From positions 806,001 to 870,000 of the forward strand of contig CBFDEM010000051.1 in NCBI GenBank assembly GCA_965603825.1: DNA of 64,000 nucleotides. Reading direction: 5' to 3'. Below the pieces are notes generated by a model. That model made no database searches. It was not told the DNA's origin and saw nothing but the letters and a program-made list of their open reading frames with translations. The DNA comes from Blepharisma stoltei ATCC 30299. Lineage: Eukaryota > Protista > Ciliophora. A program made the position numbers and the translations under genes. Below are positions 38,201 to 51,333 of this stretch, in pieces (position 1 is the first letter of the stretch; each line of letters starts with the position of its first letter).

Positions 38201-41157
38201 TTTTCTTTTATTTCACTGTTTTCTACCGTCACTGTAGACTCAACTATATTGATGACCCCTCCTTCTTCTATGTAATTTTTTTTGAATTTGCAGTCAGAAA
38301 TACTGTTAGTGCCTGTGGCTTCTGTATAAAGAATCGCCCCTCCTTTATAAGAGCAGGAGTTGCCTGAAAACTCACAACTTTTGAAGGTTGAACTTGAAGG
38401 GCCAGAAACAGAGACACATTTTTTTTGGTTATTCTTAAAAGAGCAACTCTCACAATATATTTCACTTTGAGAGATTTCTATGATATGCAGCTGTGTGCTT
38501 GTATGCTTCGTAAAGCTTGTCCCAGTCAACTCCACTTTACTTATGCTCTGTGCAAGAATACTTTGGTCGTTATCAACAAACTGACTATTTGTATCAACCC
38601 ATTCAATTTTATCAAGAAGAATCACAGTATTAGTGCTGTGGTTTTGAAAGATATTGGAGTCAGATAGAATTTGGCAACTTTGAATTATTGACTGAAAGTG
38701 CAGAACCTTTCCGCCTGAATTTCCGCTGAATTCATTGTTGATTAGCTTAAGAGGCTTGCCATTGTCTTGAAAAAATCCATAAAATGCCGAGGATCCTATT
38801 CCTGCTGTGTTTCCAGTAAAGAAGCTGTCAGAAACCGTTAAATAGCCTGCATAATAAAGTGTTAAAGCCCCTGTTTTATATGAATAGTTATTAGAGAACG
38901 TTGATTTGGTAATAAATGAGGATGAATCTAAAGGAAAATTATTTTTGAAAAAAATTGCACTTCCTCCATCTGCTGAATTTCCATTGGAAAAAATGGTATT
39001 TGTTATCATCAGAATTACAGTAGCATCTTCGTCATAATTCAAATACAAGCCTGCCCCCTTATTGGACTTACAAAAATTAAAAACAGAGTTTTCGATCTTC
39101 ATTTGCGTCTTACTGTATTTATCCTGCGCTGGCTTTGCATATATGCATCCCCCATAATAATAGGATTGAGAATGGTCAATTTGCAAGTCTGAAATGACTA
39201 TTCACTTGGCTTTCTGAAGGGATATGCTTGAATAGCTATATTCACTATTTGTAATAGTTGTGCTTCAAATTTCGAGATTATTAACACTTTGTATTGAAAT
39301 GAGTCCTTGCGATTTATCATTTACAATATTTGAAAACCGCATTTGTGACATCTTTACACTGCCAGAATTATCACTACTTAGATATATTAAATAGTCGTCA
39401 GTAGATGTATAGGATAGTGAATCAGCAGAAATATTTGTAAAGTTTGCTCAAGTTCATATAGAAGTTATTGAAAAGAGCTGGTATAATAATGTATCTGTTG
39501 GATTATTTCGAGTGGATAAAGTGTCTATGGAGGCAGAGTAAAGACCTTGGATGTAGAAAAAGTAAAAAATATTGTGCTTTGGCTCAAAAATACTAAATTT
39601 ACCAGTCAAGTATCCCTTTGAAATAAACTGGTTGATTACAACATCATTTACAAGGTGAAAACTCGGGTAATTTCAAGTGACAGCAATATTGAAAGCATGC
39701 AAATTTAGCAAACTTTTGCCGTAGAATAAGTTTGAGGCAAAGCAGCTTTCAATAACAAGATTGTTTAGGTTGATGAAGTCAGGATCTGCTTGAACAGTAA
39801 CCCCGCTAACTGTAACACTGCCACCTGCAGCCCCATACAAGTTATAGTTGTACCAGTAATCGCTCCAAACACGAATTAAGCTGCAATGGGCAGTATCAAT
39901 AACATTTCTAATAAAATAATTTGTGTCAAGTTCCACATTGGTAGAAGTAGTAGAAAAATAAATTTCAATTAGCCCATAATTAGACGCGTTTTCAGTGAAA
40001 TTATTGCTTTTAAATTTTGAGTTTGCAAAGCTCATGTATCGGCCATTGCTCATGTATTTCGGATTAAGGATGTAGCTCGAATCATATAAAATATAAATGA
40101 ACCGCTGAAATGAATAGTTCCACCAGAAGTTGTTATTTTCAAATATAATTTGTTCTTCACAGTTTGATATGTAAAACATTGATGGACAGTTTCCTGATAA
40201 TGAATCTGCTGCAACTATCTGTGCTCCGCATAGAGCGAGATTGTATGAAAAATTTACGCTGGAAATCTTTATAGTTCCAGGGAATTTTGCTAGCAAAAAG
40301 CTCGATTGAACAATATTATCATAATAGGTATACCCATTTCCTAGTAAAGATACAGAGCCTCCTGAATAGACAAAGCTATCAGAGCAGAGAGGAGATGAGG
40401 TGCATTGAATAGTGATAGCTCCATGCTTATTTGAATTGCTGTCATAAACTTTAATATTGTAAAAATCCACATCACTCATTAATATATGTCCCCCTGAAGA
40501 GTAAATAATTGATTTCAGGTCCTGCCTCATATTTTGGAATTTGGTTCTAACAATAAACAGATTTGTAGATGGTCCTATGCTTATTAAGTTTACAAGTGAG
40601 TTCTCTTCTTGAGAGCTGCAGCTGCTTACATAATTATTAGAAGTAGAAGTATCATAATGATAAGCGCAGTATCCACAGTTCATTGAATTGCAAGAGCTAT
40701 CCATTGCTTGCTCGCCATCAATTATGATATTTTCAAAATACATATTTGAGACATCCGAGTCCGGAAACATAAAGTTAACTGTTTGCAATTTAAGAGTTGC
40801 CAGTGTTGTACAAGGATTGCAGTTGCTAATAAATCCTACTGACAGGTCTGATATGGTATTTGTTGGAAGTACATAATCTATAACATGGGTTCCTGGGGAA
40901 AATAAAATTTTAATATTTCCATTTGTATTGCTGTTGAAAACCTCTAAAAGCGTTTTATAAGGGTTAGATGAAGATCCGTCTCTCCCGGAATTTAAATTGT
41001 TGTAGTCAACGTAAACTGAAGTTGGGGCTGAAGATGAGCACTGCGAAGATAAGCATGAATAGGCGCACTGACCATCGCAGCTTTGAGATGGCTCGCATAG
41101 ATATGGGTTACAGACTAAAGCTGATACTTGGTTCAAAATAAGTAGCAAGTATAGCAT
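35218..41157 (-). CDS. 1979-aa surface protein: signal peptide, pectin-lyase/Pmp-like beta-helix repeats, Cys-rich region, C-terminal multi-TM domain
   Basis: Five track ORFs share one frame joined by TGA; MLYLLLILNQVSA signal; GGAI/FxxN repeats; KYGFLY..FYWEFVVMMRK TM region. Confidence 0.85.
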
Positions 41158-41447
41158 GATTTATTAATTAATTTCCAAAATTTATGGATAAAGATAAATA
41201 ATCTCTCTAAACTTTAGCGAATAGGTTTCACTTAGAGGAACTATTTTTGAAAGTTTATTTCCTTTTTGATAAGAGGATTTCGGTATGAAGCGGTTACAAT
41301 TACCTTCTATTAGGATAATTTTTACTTATTATATTTTATCTCACAAGGAATTTATAAATAATAAAGATTACGCCAAGGCTTTATAGTTTTCTTATTTTTA
41401 ATAATTTTATTATTTTTATTTCAAGATATGAGGATAAAGAATTTTTA

Positions 41448-42719
41448 TTAAGCTTTATATCCAGGCTTAAATGCTGTAACTCCAGTCGCAGCTCTTCCAG
41501 CAATGAGAGCACAAATATCATAGGTACCTTCATAAGTGTAAATGACTTCCATGTCTACGAGTGCTTTCATCACATAATTATCAATTAAAATTCCGTTTCC
41601 TCCCATCAACTCTCTGCCTAGTTTAGCAGCTTCTCGCCCCACAAGTGTGCACCAGCCTTTAACTAATGAAGCTTGCGCTACATTTGCTTTTCCCTGCTTT
41701 AGTAGATTGGTAACTCTCCAGCCCATCAAGAAAACAGCTTGATAAATAGCCAAAATCCTAACCAACTTTTCCTGGTTGAGCTGAAACGACGCCAATGGGG
41801 CTCTAAACTGCACTCTTTCCCTAATATATTTTATTGAATTCTCATAAATCCCTGCTATTAGCCCTGCAGCAAGCCAAGCTATGTTCATTCTACTATGCTC
41901 AAGGATCTCATTTGCGCCTGTTGCGAAAGTGTGCCCTTTTCCTAGTCTCTCATTAGCTGGGACAAAAACGTCTTTTAAGAAAATATTTCCATTCTGGACA
42001 ATTCTCAGGGCAAGCTTTCTTTGGATGTTTTCGACTGATACTCCATTTGATTTGCTGTTCACTATGAAGCCTTCTACATGATTAGTTGTTATGTTCCTTG
42101 CAAAAATGATCATAATATCAGAGAGAATGGCGTTCCCGATCCACCTTTTGACACCGTTAAGGACGTATCCTCCTTTTACTGGGGTTGCTGTTGTCTCAAG
42201 TGCCGAGGCGTCAGACCCGAAATCAGGCTCTGTTAATCCCCAGCAGCCAATCATGTCGAGGTTGCATAGTTTTGGCAGATATTTAACTTTTTGCTCTTCA
42301 GTGCCTAGTTCTTCGATTGTGTGAGCAGTGAGTGAGAACATAACCACGTAGAAAGTAGCTAAAGAACAGTCAATCCTCGCAAGTTCATAAAGAATTAAGG
42401 ATTTTTCCATCAGCGATATCTTTTTGCAGCCGTATTTTTCATCGCTGAGACCTGTGATTCCAAGAGATCTGAACTTTTCCGCTAAAATTCCTGGGGATTC
42501 AGCTTTTTCGTACCATTCAGCTACAAAAGGGGCCAAATTTGTTTCTAAATTTGCTCTAAGTTGGGCTCTTCTTGAATTGATCTCTGCAGGCAACAGCTGA
42601 TCTAAATGAAGAAAAGTAATTGGATCCTGAACATAAGGAGTTACCAAGCTAGATTTTTTGAAGTTCTCGGTTAAGTTCTGCCCAAGATGTTTTGAAACCA
42701 AGTTCAATCTCCTCGACAT
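41448..42719 (-). CDS. Acyl-CoA dehydrogenase-fold enzyme (ACX4/glutaryl-CoA dehydrogenase-like) with PTS2
   Basis: GCWGLTEPDFGSD, LNGVKRWIGNA, RVQF, GGNG, YTYEGT; N-terminal RL-x5-HL. Confidence 0.93.
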   Translation of the reverse strand: MSRRLNLVSKHLGQNLTENFKKSSLVTPYVQDPITFLHLDQLLPAEINSRRAQLRANLETNLAPFVAEWYEKAESPGILAEKFRSLGITGLSDEKYGCKKISLMEKSLILYELARIDCSLATFYVVMFSLTAHTIEELGTEEQKVKYLPKLCNLDMIGCWGLTEPDFGSDASALETTATPVKGGYVLNGVKRWIGNAILSDIMIIFARNITTNHVEGFIVNSKSNGVSVENIQRKLALRIVQNGNIFLKDVFVPANERLGKGHTFATGANEILEHSRMNIAWLAAGLIAGIYENSIKYIRERVQFRAPLASFQLNQEKLVRILAIYQAVFLMGWRVTNLLKQGKANVAQASLVKGWCTLVGREAAKLGRELMGGNGILIDNYVMKALVDMEVIYTYEGTYDICALIAGRAATGVTAFKPGYKA

Positions 42720-43390
42720 TATTTATAGGAGATAAAGATCAAAACTAAGTTTAATGTCGACATCTTGCGTCATCAAATAACTAATATTTTAATTAGCCAT
42801 ATTACTATAAGGCTTATGAGCTGAAAGTTTCTGATTTCGTTTATTCCTATTAATTAAAAGATTAGACCTTAAATTTTGGGGCTAATTTGCTCATTCCATA
42901 TAAAGCATTTCATCATTATTTTCTTGATATAAAAATTTTAGTATGCTTTTTCTGTAATTTTTTACCTTTATCATAGCTCCTTTCATAGACTGCCCTGTTA
43001 TCCCAAGCAACAGAACTTCCAATAGAACTAGGCAAACATAAAGAGTTGCTTTTGCTCTTGTCAAAACCTCCCAAAAATCAATTTTAATACCACTCAAATT
43101 CTTTATGCAAAATTTGTGCTGCCTCATAAAATGATGTGTAAGATCTATTTGTGTTAGAATCCATGTCCAGCATCAAGAAAAATTACCTTATTTCTCTTAT
43201 AATCCACATATCAATAAGGAGATGTCATAATCGAATCCTAAATCCCCTTAAACTGAGATATTCGCTAATTTAGCTCAGGGTTTCTTTTAATCCCAGAAAA
43301 GCCATAACAGAGTGTCGAGATGAGCATTTTGCTGAATAGTGGTCTCTTCACTTTAAAAACTCAACATTATCCTTTTAGCATGTTTATTTT

Positions 43391-44518
43391 TTAATTAAAA
43401 TCTAAAGATAAATCCTCAAGCCAGAAGCACATCAAAATTGTATATGCGTTGTTGCCTTCCATAAATCCCTTGCCCAGCCGACTCGCTTCTTTCGCTATTA
43501 GTTTAACTAAAAGCCCTTGAGTGACTGTCATTTGCCCTTTCATCAAGAGCTGAATGAGCTTCCATGCCATTCCTGTAAAGCCGACAAATTTTTCCTTACT
43601 CAGCTGCACGGAGGCTAAGTAAGCTGGAAGTGGGACTCTTTCCTTGATGTACTTCGCTGACCTCTGATAGAATCCAGTTGTTAAATATGAAATTTGTGAG
43701 GTCAAAATCCTGACTGAATACTCAAGTCCGAGTTTCGTATTTGTTGCGAATTTATGAGTTTTCACTAATTTTTCTTTTTCATGAACAAAGACATTTTTCA
43801 AAATTATATTCCCACTTTTAAGCATCTTTAAAGGCAATTTTTTATGGCCAGACATAATGGAGAGGCCAGATGATTTACTGTCCACGATAAATCCTTCTAC
43901 TTGATTATTCGTGATATTTTTTGCAAATATTATGATAATGTCTGCTAATAATGCATTTCCCAGTCACCTTTTGGTACCGTTAAGAATATAGCCATCAGCA
44001 GTAAGGGTTGCTGTCACCTCTTTGGAAATTTCTGGTTCAGTCAATCCTCAGCACCCAACTGAATTTCCGCTGCAAAGCGCTGGCAAATACTTCAGTCTTT
44101 GCTCTTCAGACCCTAATTTCTCTATGGTGTGTACTACTAAGCTGAAAGAGGCTACATAAAAGATCGCGATAGAGACATCTACTCTTGCAAGTTCATAAAT
44201 AATCAGAGATTTTTCAATCTTTGAGGTTGAGTTTTCTTCACTTCATCCAATTAGCTTGAGCTCACTAATAGCAGCGATCAACGACTTAGGAAACTCTGAT
44301 TTCTCAGTTCATGAAGAAACTATAGGCGAAAACTTTGCTTCAAAAATAGCGCGAAGTTCTTTTCGCCTAGCGTTAGTTTCTTTTGGAAGAAGCTTATCAA
44401 AGTAAAAGAAGTCAAACGATTCCTTTATCGTAGGGATTTTAATTCCTCATTTCTTTGACTGCTCAGGATCGTTCTTTATCCCGAGATGGTTTGCAATGAG
44501 GCCCAACCTTTTTGCCAT
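43391..44518 (-). CDS. Degenerate tandem paralog of the acyl-CoA dehydrogenase/oxidase (375 aa), probably inactive
   Basis: Open from ATG 44518 with TGA=Trp (GCWGLTEP, KRWLGNA); GSD and YEGT motifs are missing. Confidence 0.75.
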
Positions 44519-44591
44519 TGCTTTATATTCATCAACATGATAAATTTAATAAAACTTGATAAAAAATAAAGAAATTATATTAAACAGCGAT

Positions 44592-47500
44592 TTACCTGCT
44601 TCTTTTAGTCATTTCTTCCAAAATTTTCAAAATTTTGTCAACCTTTGTCCCATCAAATTTGTCAATTTTTTCTTCAATTTTCTCAATCCTTCTCTCTAGG
44701 CTGCTTATTCTTTCATCTCCTTCCCTTTCTTTATACTGGCTTGCTTTCTCTTCCAAGCCAAATTGAATGTCTTTGATATCAAGTCCAATCTCTCTCAATG
44801 TTTTTTCGTTCTTTTTATCGAGTTCAGCAATTGACTGCTTCATCTCATTTACTTTGCTTTCAAGCTTTGTCTTCAAAATCTTGCTTTCTTCTAATCCGAA
44901 CCTCTCTCTGAGCAGTTTCTCATTCTGCTTTACTATGTGCTTTAGCTTGTCAATTTTGTTGGAAAGCGACCCTAGCTTACTTTCTGCACTGATGTTTTGA
45001 AAATGGTCACATTTTTGCATGTACATCCTTTCTCCTTCATTTCGTTTCCAGAACATCATTGATTCGAATTCTATGACGTCTTGGAGCATCTCTTTAGCAT
45101 CTAGCTCCATAGCAATTGCTTTGAATTTTTGGAAGGACTCTCCCAAAGTGGATATAAGCAAATTCAGCATTAAAACGACGTTTATGAGAGATGCAAAAGT
45201 AAAGCAGGAGTACTGGAAAAAGGAAAAGCCAGAGTTATCGAAGTTCCCCATGTTAAGCTCATATGATTGGCTCCAGACGTCAGATAAGCTCATTTCAGGG
45301 TCTGTCGCAGCATAAACCACCCCAAAGGCTAGTGTGGAGTATAAGAAAATGATTAAAAATGCAATTGACTCCTTTCCAGCAATAAAAATAAGTCTCACAT
45401 AATATCGTGTCATATTGAAGACTCTGAAATATACAAGCCCTCTGAAAAAATTCACCAAAACTGCCAAGAACGTTAAAGGCACGAAATTCACATCTCAAAA
45501 GTCCACAGCTCCCCAAGCAAAGCATAATGCTAGCCTAAAAATGTCAATATAATTTCACACATCATAAATATAGTCACTTCAATTTGAGTACATCTGAAAG
45601 ACCTCATAAAGCAAGAGCAGCTCATTGACCACAATAAATAGAAATGGTATGATATAGTAAGGATAAAATAAGTAAAGAATAATTAATAGCAGATTCATCC
45701 AATACAAGCAAGAGTTGCCCAAAATGGCAAATCATAACTTGTCTCATTTCATTTTTATGATCGATTGAATCCAAGGAGCTTGGAAAATTTCCAAACTAGG
45801 ACACTCATTGATTGCCTTTAAAAGCTTTAAGCTTTCGTTCGACCCCATTGTGAGATTCCAACTGAGCGGACTCACTCAAAACTGCACCAAGCTGAGCTCT
45901 CTTCCAGATTCTCAGTCTTCATTGATGAACTCATTTTTATAAAGCCGAAGAACAGGTGATAAATAAATGATAGGCAGCACAGCGTTAGGGACTGCAAACT
46001 CAACTAAATCTTTTCCTCCTGGCTTAAAAATTGCTTTGAAAAACGGCAGAATATAAGGGGATTCTAATTTCAGCATACTAGGTATATCGTCTCTTATAGA
46101 GTGGATGCACTCGCTTAATAATTTTTGATCTGAAATCTCTGAGATATATTTGAGGATTTCATCAATGCACCTTCGAGATTTTTTTATTATAGCGTAAGAC
46201 AAGGGGCTCTTGTTGTTATTGTCTCTAAATATTGGAGTGTTGATTTTTAAGGCAAGCTTCAAGTTATCAATTTGGTCAAAGAAGCAATAATAATGAAGAA
46301 TATTGATGCGGAGAGGGAAAATAGTGACTAAAGACAGCTGGCTGATATTCTTAGGATTGCTATCTAAAAGAGATTGCACAAAGTAAAAGTGTGAAAAGGG
46401 ATCGTGAGATCCAGAAAGTAGCAGTTCTTGATACTCATAAATTGAAGGTGTAAATTGAGAAATATCGTATACGCGCAAATTTCTATCTCGAGAGCCTGAA
46501 ATCGCGTATTTGCTATTTGTCGTCAACTGCAGGCAATTAATCTTGTTTGAGTGCCCTTCCAGGATCGCAACAAGATTTCTTTCCGCTACACTTCAGAGCC
46601 GGATAGTTTTGTCATGAGAACCAGATAAGATGTACTTGCTGTCATGAGCAATCTCCAAGCAAGTAACGCTTTTTGTATGTCCTTCAAGGACTGCAATTTC
46701 TTTCTTTTCTTTTAAACTTCACAGTCTGAGTGTGCAATCATAAGATCCTGAAGCTAAAAATTCATCATTACTACTAATTCTCACACAATTAACACTATCA
46801 CTATGACCGTCCAATTCTGCAATTTCTAAGAAATCCTCGACGCTTCAAATTCTGACTGAGTTGTCTCTTGAGCCAGAAACAATAAATTCCCCTTTGTGAC
46901 TGATTTGAATTGCTCCAATAGATTGGGTATGGCCAGTTAGAGTATAAATTTCACAAAAATCTTTCAAACTCCATAAAATGATCGTCTTGTCAGCAGAAGC
47001 TGAAACTATGATTCGTTTTTCATCAATTATTTCTAGGCAGTTTACGATGTCGCTGTGACCTTTTAATATAGAAACTTGAGATTTGGTGTCGATGCTCCAT
47101 ACCCTCACTGAATAGTCGTCAGACCCAGAGACAATAAGGCTGCTGTCATTAGTAATTTTTAAGCACTCAATCCAATGGGTATGTCCTTCTAATAGAGCTA
47201 CAAGTTTATAGTCTGAGGTATTCCATACCCTTATCGTTTTGTCTAAGGAACCAGAGACGATATATTTTCCATCTTTGGTAAGCTCAACACAGGTGACTTC
47301 TCTTAAATGGCCTTCCAGTGTGTGAATCTCCTCCCCATCAATAATGTCCCATATTTTCAAGGTATTATCTCACGACCCTGAAACTATATATCTATTCCCT
47401 TCAAAAATGCTGAAGCAGATAACTGGCTCGCGGTGACCTTCTAAAACTGAAATGTGATGCCTCTCCTCAACTAACAAGATTTGTGTAGTTCCATCTCTTG

Positions 47501-48617
47501 AGCCAGATACAATGTAGTGGTCATCAACAAGCAGGCAGGTGATACTGTCGGAATGTCCTCTGAAAATTGACAAAAGTTTATGCTCTGTCAAACTTCAAAT
47601 CGCAATAGAATTGTCTCATGACCCAGTTATAATATATTTTTCATCAATGCTAAGACTCAAACAATGAACGCTATTAGAATGACCCTGCAAAATAGAGATT
47701 TCTTTCTCGGTCTTTATGTCTCAAATTCTTACTGTGCAATCATCAGAGCTGGAAATAATAAATTTATTGTCCTGGGTTAGACAAATGCGCAAAACTCCAT
47801 GAGTGTGGCCTTCTAGGATAGAAAATTCTTTTCAGTTTTCAGTACTTCATAGACGGATCGTGCAATCATATGAGCCTGAAACAATTGTTTTAGAATCTTC
47901 CGTGATTTTTACGCAATTTATATAATCTGTATGTCCTGAAAGAGTTGCAATGAGAGATTTACTTTTGATACTCCAAACCTTTAAAGTCCCATCTCAAGAC
48001 CCTGAAACAATATTTGAGGTGTCTTTCATTAGTTCTAAACAGTTAACCGCATTCAAATGCCCTCTTAAAATAATTTCATTTTTCCAGTCACCAAATTTTC
48101 ATATCCTGATAGTTCTGTCAAAGGAGCTTGAAATAATAAATTTTCTATCATCTGTTATCTTAACACATAAAACTTCTCCTGAATGCCCATTTAAAGTTAC
48201 TATCAGACTTTGGTTAGCCAAATTTCATATCTTAACAGTATAGTCATCTGAGCCTGTTACGAGACATTGATTGTCGCTTGTAAGCTGCATGCAATTGACT
48301 CGATTTTGGTGTCCTTCAAGCAAAAATTCTCATTTATTATCTATGTTATAAGCTTTTATTTTTCCATCTTCTCTCCCTAAGAATAAAAGTCTAGAATTTG
48401 AGGTAGCGCATCTAATGCTATCATTGAGAATTATTGGTGTATTATAGTCTGGAAGAGAAAGAAGAACGCCTTTTAGAGTAAAAATAGGGTGGATTTCAGG
48501 TTTAGGGTCTTTGATAAGGAAAGCCTTTTGTCGAAAAAGAAATGGCATTGTAGATGCACGCTGAGGAGTAAGAAAATTTTGTCTTTTTTCTAATAAAGGC
48601 GTGGTCAAAAGTGACAT
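44592..48617 (-). CDS. WD40-repeat / ankyrin / TRP-like cation channel protein (1341 aa)
   Basis: Single frame via TGA. About 14-15 GH..SGS.D.TI.IW repeats, then ankyrin-like NILHYYC..KSPLSYAI, S4-S6-like YFRVFNMTRYYVRLI..LMLNLLISTLGESF, and a coiled-coil tail. Confidence 0.85.
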
Positions 48618-49723
48618 TTAATTATAAGCATTGACGGAAAAGAAGAATTATATTTAATGATAATTTTTTAATTAATTTCATTATTTTATTTCTCTTTATA
48701 TTTTAATGATTTTGAAAGGATATAAATATGGGAAATCATACAAAATTTTTTTATGATGCTATTAGACTGACCATTTTGAAATGCTTTGATTTAAAAGCCC
48801 AAGCTATGTTACTTAATTCATAATTGGTTAGAAAAAAACCTATTTTGGAAAACTGCTCTCTTCATTAGCCTATAAAAGTTTTGTATTATTATACCTTAAG
48901 ATAAATTAAAAATTATAACAATAAAATTTGAAGATATTAAAGAGTACTTAAGTTCCTTCTATCTAAAACATGAAATTTATAGATTAAATTAAATTTTAAT
49001 TTCGAATTTTACAAAAAGATTGATTCCACGAGCATATGCTGATAAAACCTATACTCCGATCGTTTAGGGAGCCAAGGAATGAAGAAGCCCATAAGCGTCG
49101 AGACACTTTATATCTAATCAGATTAATATATACAGCAGAAAAATATTATTTCTCAGCAAATGAATATTTAAATAGATAAAATATAAGTCTCTAAGAATTT
49201 AGGAAAAAAAATTACTTGAAAAATTTAAATTTATGGCAGAAAAGAAAAAGGAATCTCTGCTTTCTTTTATTAATTATGTGATTATGAGAAAGATATATAT
49301 TATATATGGAAAGGGGGAATTTTCCCTCTTATTATTTTTGCATAAAGTAAAAATAAACATTAAATCACTTTTAAAAAATTGAAATCAGTTTTAGATATGA
49401 CTGTTTTAATTCCAAGTTTAAATTAGATATTTCAAAAAAAGGAGGGTTAATTTTTCTAACAAAAAAAATTTGTCTTATAAAATATTTTCAAAAAATTAAA
49501 AAATTAATGTAATATTTTAATTTTATTTTTATGAATAATTAATTTAAATATTAATCGATACAGTGTGAAAATGCTTTTGTAGAACTCTACTTAGTTTTTC
49601 AAGTGGCGCCGCTTAAATCTTAATATTATGCTTGCGTATAAATATATTTGATTATTTAGCCTGCGTCATTAAGATCAATTTCATATTACTTCCATCAGAA
49701 GAGAATAGAAATTTCATATAAAA

Positions 49724-51061
49724 ATGAGAGAAATTGTCCACCTGCAAATAGGTAACTCTGGAAATGCCATTGGATCTGAATTTTGAAAAAGCCTCTTCAA
49801 TGATCATGGGATAGATAGAACCACAGGCCAGTATATCGATAGTTTTGATAATCAGCTTGAGAGAATTGATACTTATTTTAACGAAATATTGGGAGGGAGA
49901 TATACTCCGAGAGCTATTTTTGCCGATCTCCAGCAAGAGGTAATTGATAAGTATAGAACAAACGAATATTTTGCTCACTTGGAATCCGATAATTTTCTAT
50001 CAGAAAATATAGTGTCGCGTGGCAATTATGCGCAGAAATGAGAGCACGATGAATTTAAGGACCATGTCATGGACATCGTCAGAAAAGAAGCTGAAAACAG
50101 TGAATCATTACAAGGATTTCAGATTTTTCACGCCGCGAGCGGGACTGCTGGATCAGGACTAACTTCTCTTCTTCTAGAAAATATCAAGGATGAATACTCT
50201 GATAGAATTATAAAAACATCTAGTATAATTCCTTATAATGAAGCAATGAATTTACTTACAGAGCCATACGATACAATATTTTTACTTAAAGATCTAATAA
50301 GCAATGCTGATGTTACAAGCGTTTTTGACATTGAAGATATTTATAACTTGTGCCTAAAGAAAATGAAGATATATAAGCCCACATGGGGAGATATAAATAA
50401 TATAGTAGTCCAAGTGCTTAGCGGGGAATCTTTATCTTTCAGATTTCCTACTGACTTATGCTCAGATTTAAGAAAATTTGCATCGAATTTGGTCCCTTAT
50501 CAAAATTTGCATTTTTTAAGTAATACTATGTGGCCACTTGTTGCTCAAGGTGCATGTTTTTGCTATTGTAGTATACAATCCACTGAAATGCTGACCCAAA
50601 ATTTGTTCAATAGAGAATACCATCCGCATGACCCTTATCCAAATTCTAGATTTGGCCCAATTTTGAGCGCTGTATTTACTTATTTGGGGAAAGTCGATCC
50701 AGCTGAGGCAGAAATTGAATTTTTAAAGGCCAAAGCAGAAAATAAGAGTTGCTACTCAGAGCAGATTCCTGATAATTTGAAGTATTGGATATGCAATGCA
50801 TATACATATATGACTCGCTCAGGATATTTTACTTATAATTCTGCTTTAATAGCGAATACCTTTAAAAAAGCTGTTGATCGATTTGACGATTTATACACAA
50901 GAAAAGCCTTTATATATAAATATCAGGCTGAAGGAATGGATGAGTCAGAGTTTGAAGAGGCTAAAGAGGATGCTGTCCAATTAATTTCTGAATATCAGCA
51001 GCTAATAAATAATTCAAATTCAAATGAATATTTTTGTGCCTTTATTAAATGTGTTGTCTAG
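49724..51061 (+). CDS. Highly divergent beta-tubulin-like protein, copy 1 (445 aa)
   Basis: MREIVHLQIG start, PRAIFADL, LQGFQIFH, RFP..SDLRK, EGMDESEF..SEYQQ; two TGA=Trp. Confidence 0.9.
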
Positions 51062-51333
51062 CCCTTAATGAAATAGAGGTCATATTGGGATGATAGCTTT
51101 ATTTATATTTGTTTTAGTTATTAAAAACTATAAATTGTCTGCCTTTTGATGACTTTTATAATTTAATTAATAAGAATTATACTAAATATTTTTTTTACTA
51201 GTTTTTCAAGTGACGCTACTTAAATCTTAATATAATTATTGTGAGTTAATATATTTGATTATTTAACCTCCATTATTGAAATCAATTAATTTCATATTAC
51301 TTCCAGCAGAAAAGAATAGAAATTAAATAAAAA

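Noticed and set aside
42891-43380. Short minus-strand ORF between the acyl-CoA paralogs
   Set aside because: No recognisable homology and interrupted by TAA stops upstream; at most an unidentifiable relic.
51047-51061. Possible CaaX prenylation motif on tubulin copy 1 (KCVV)
   Set aside because: The Cys is third from the end, not fourth, and is absent from copy 2.
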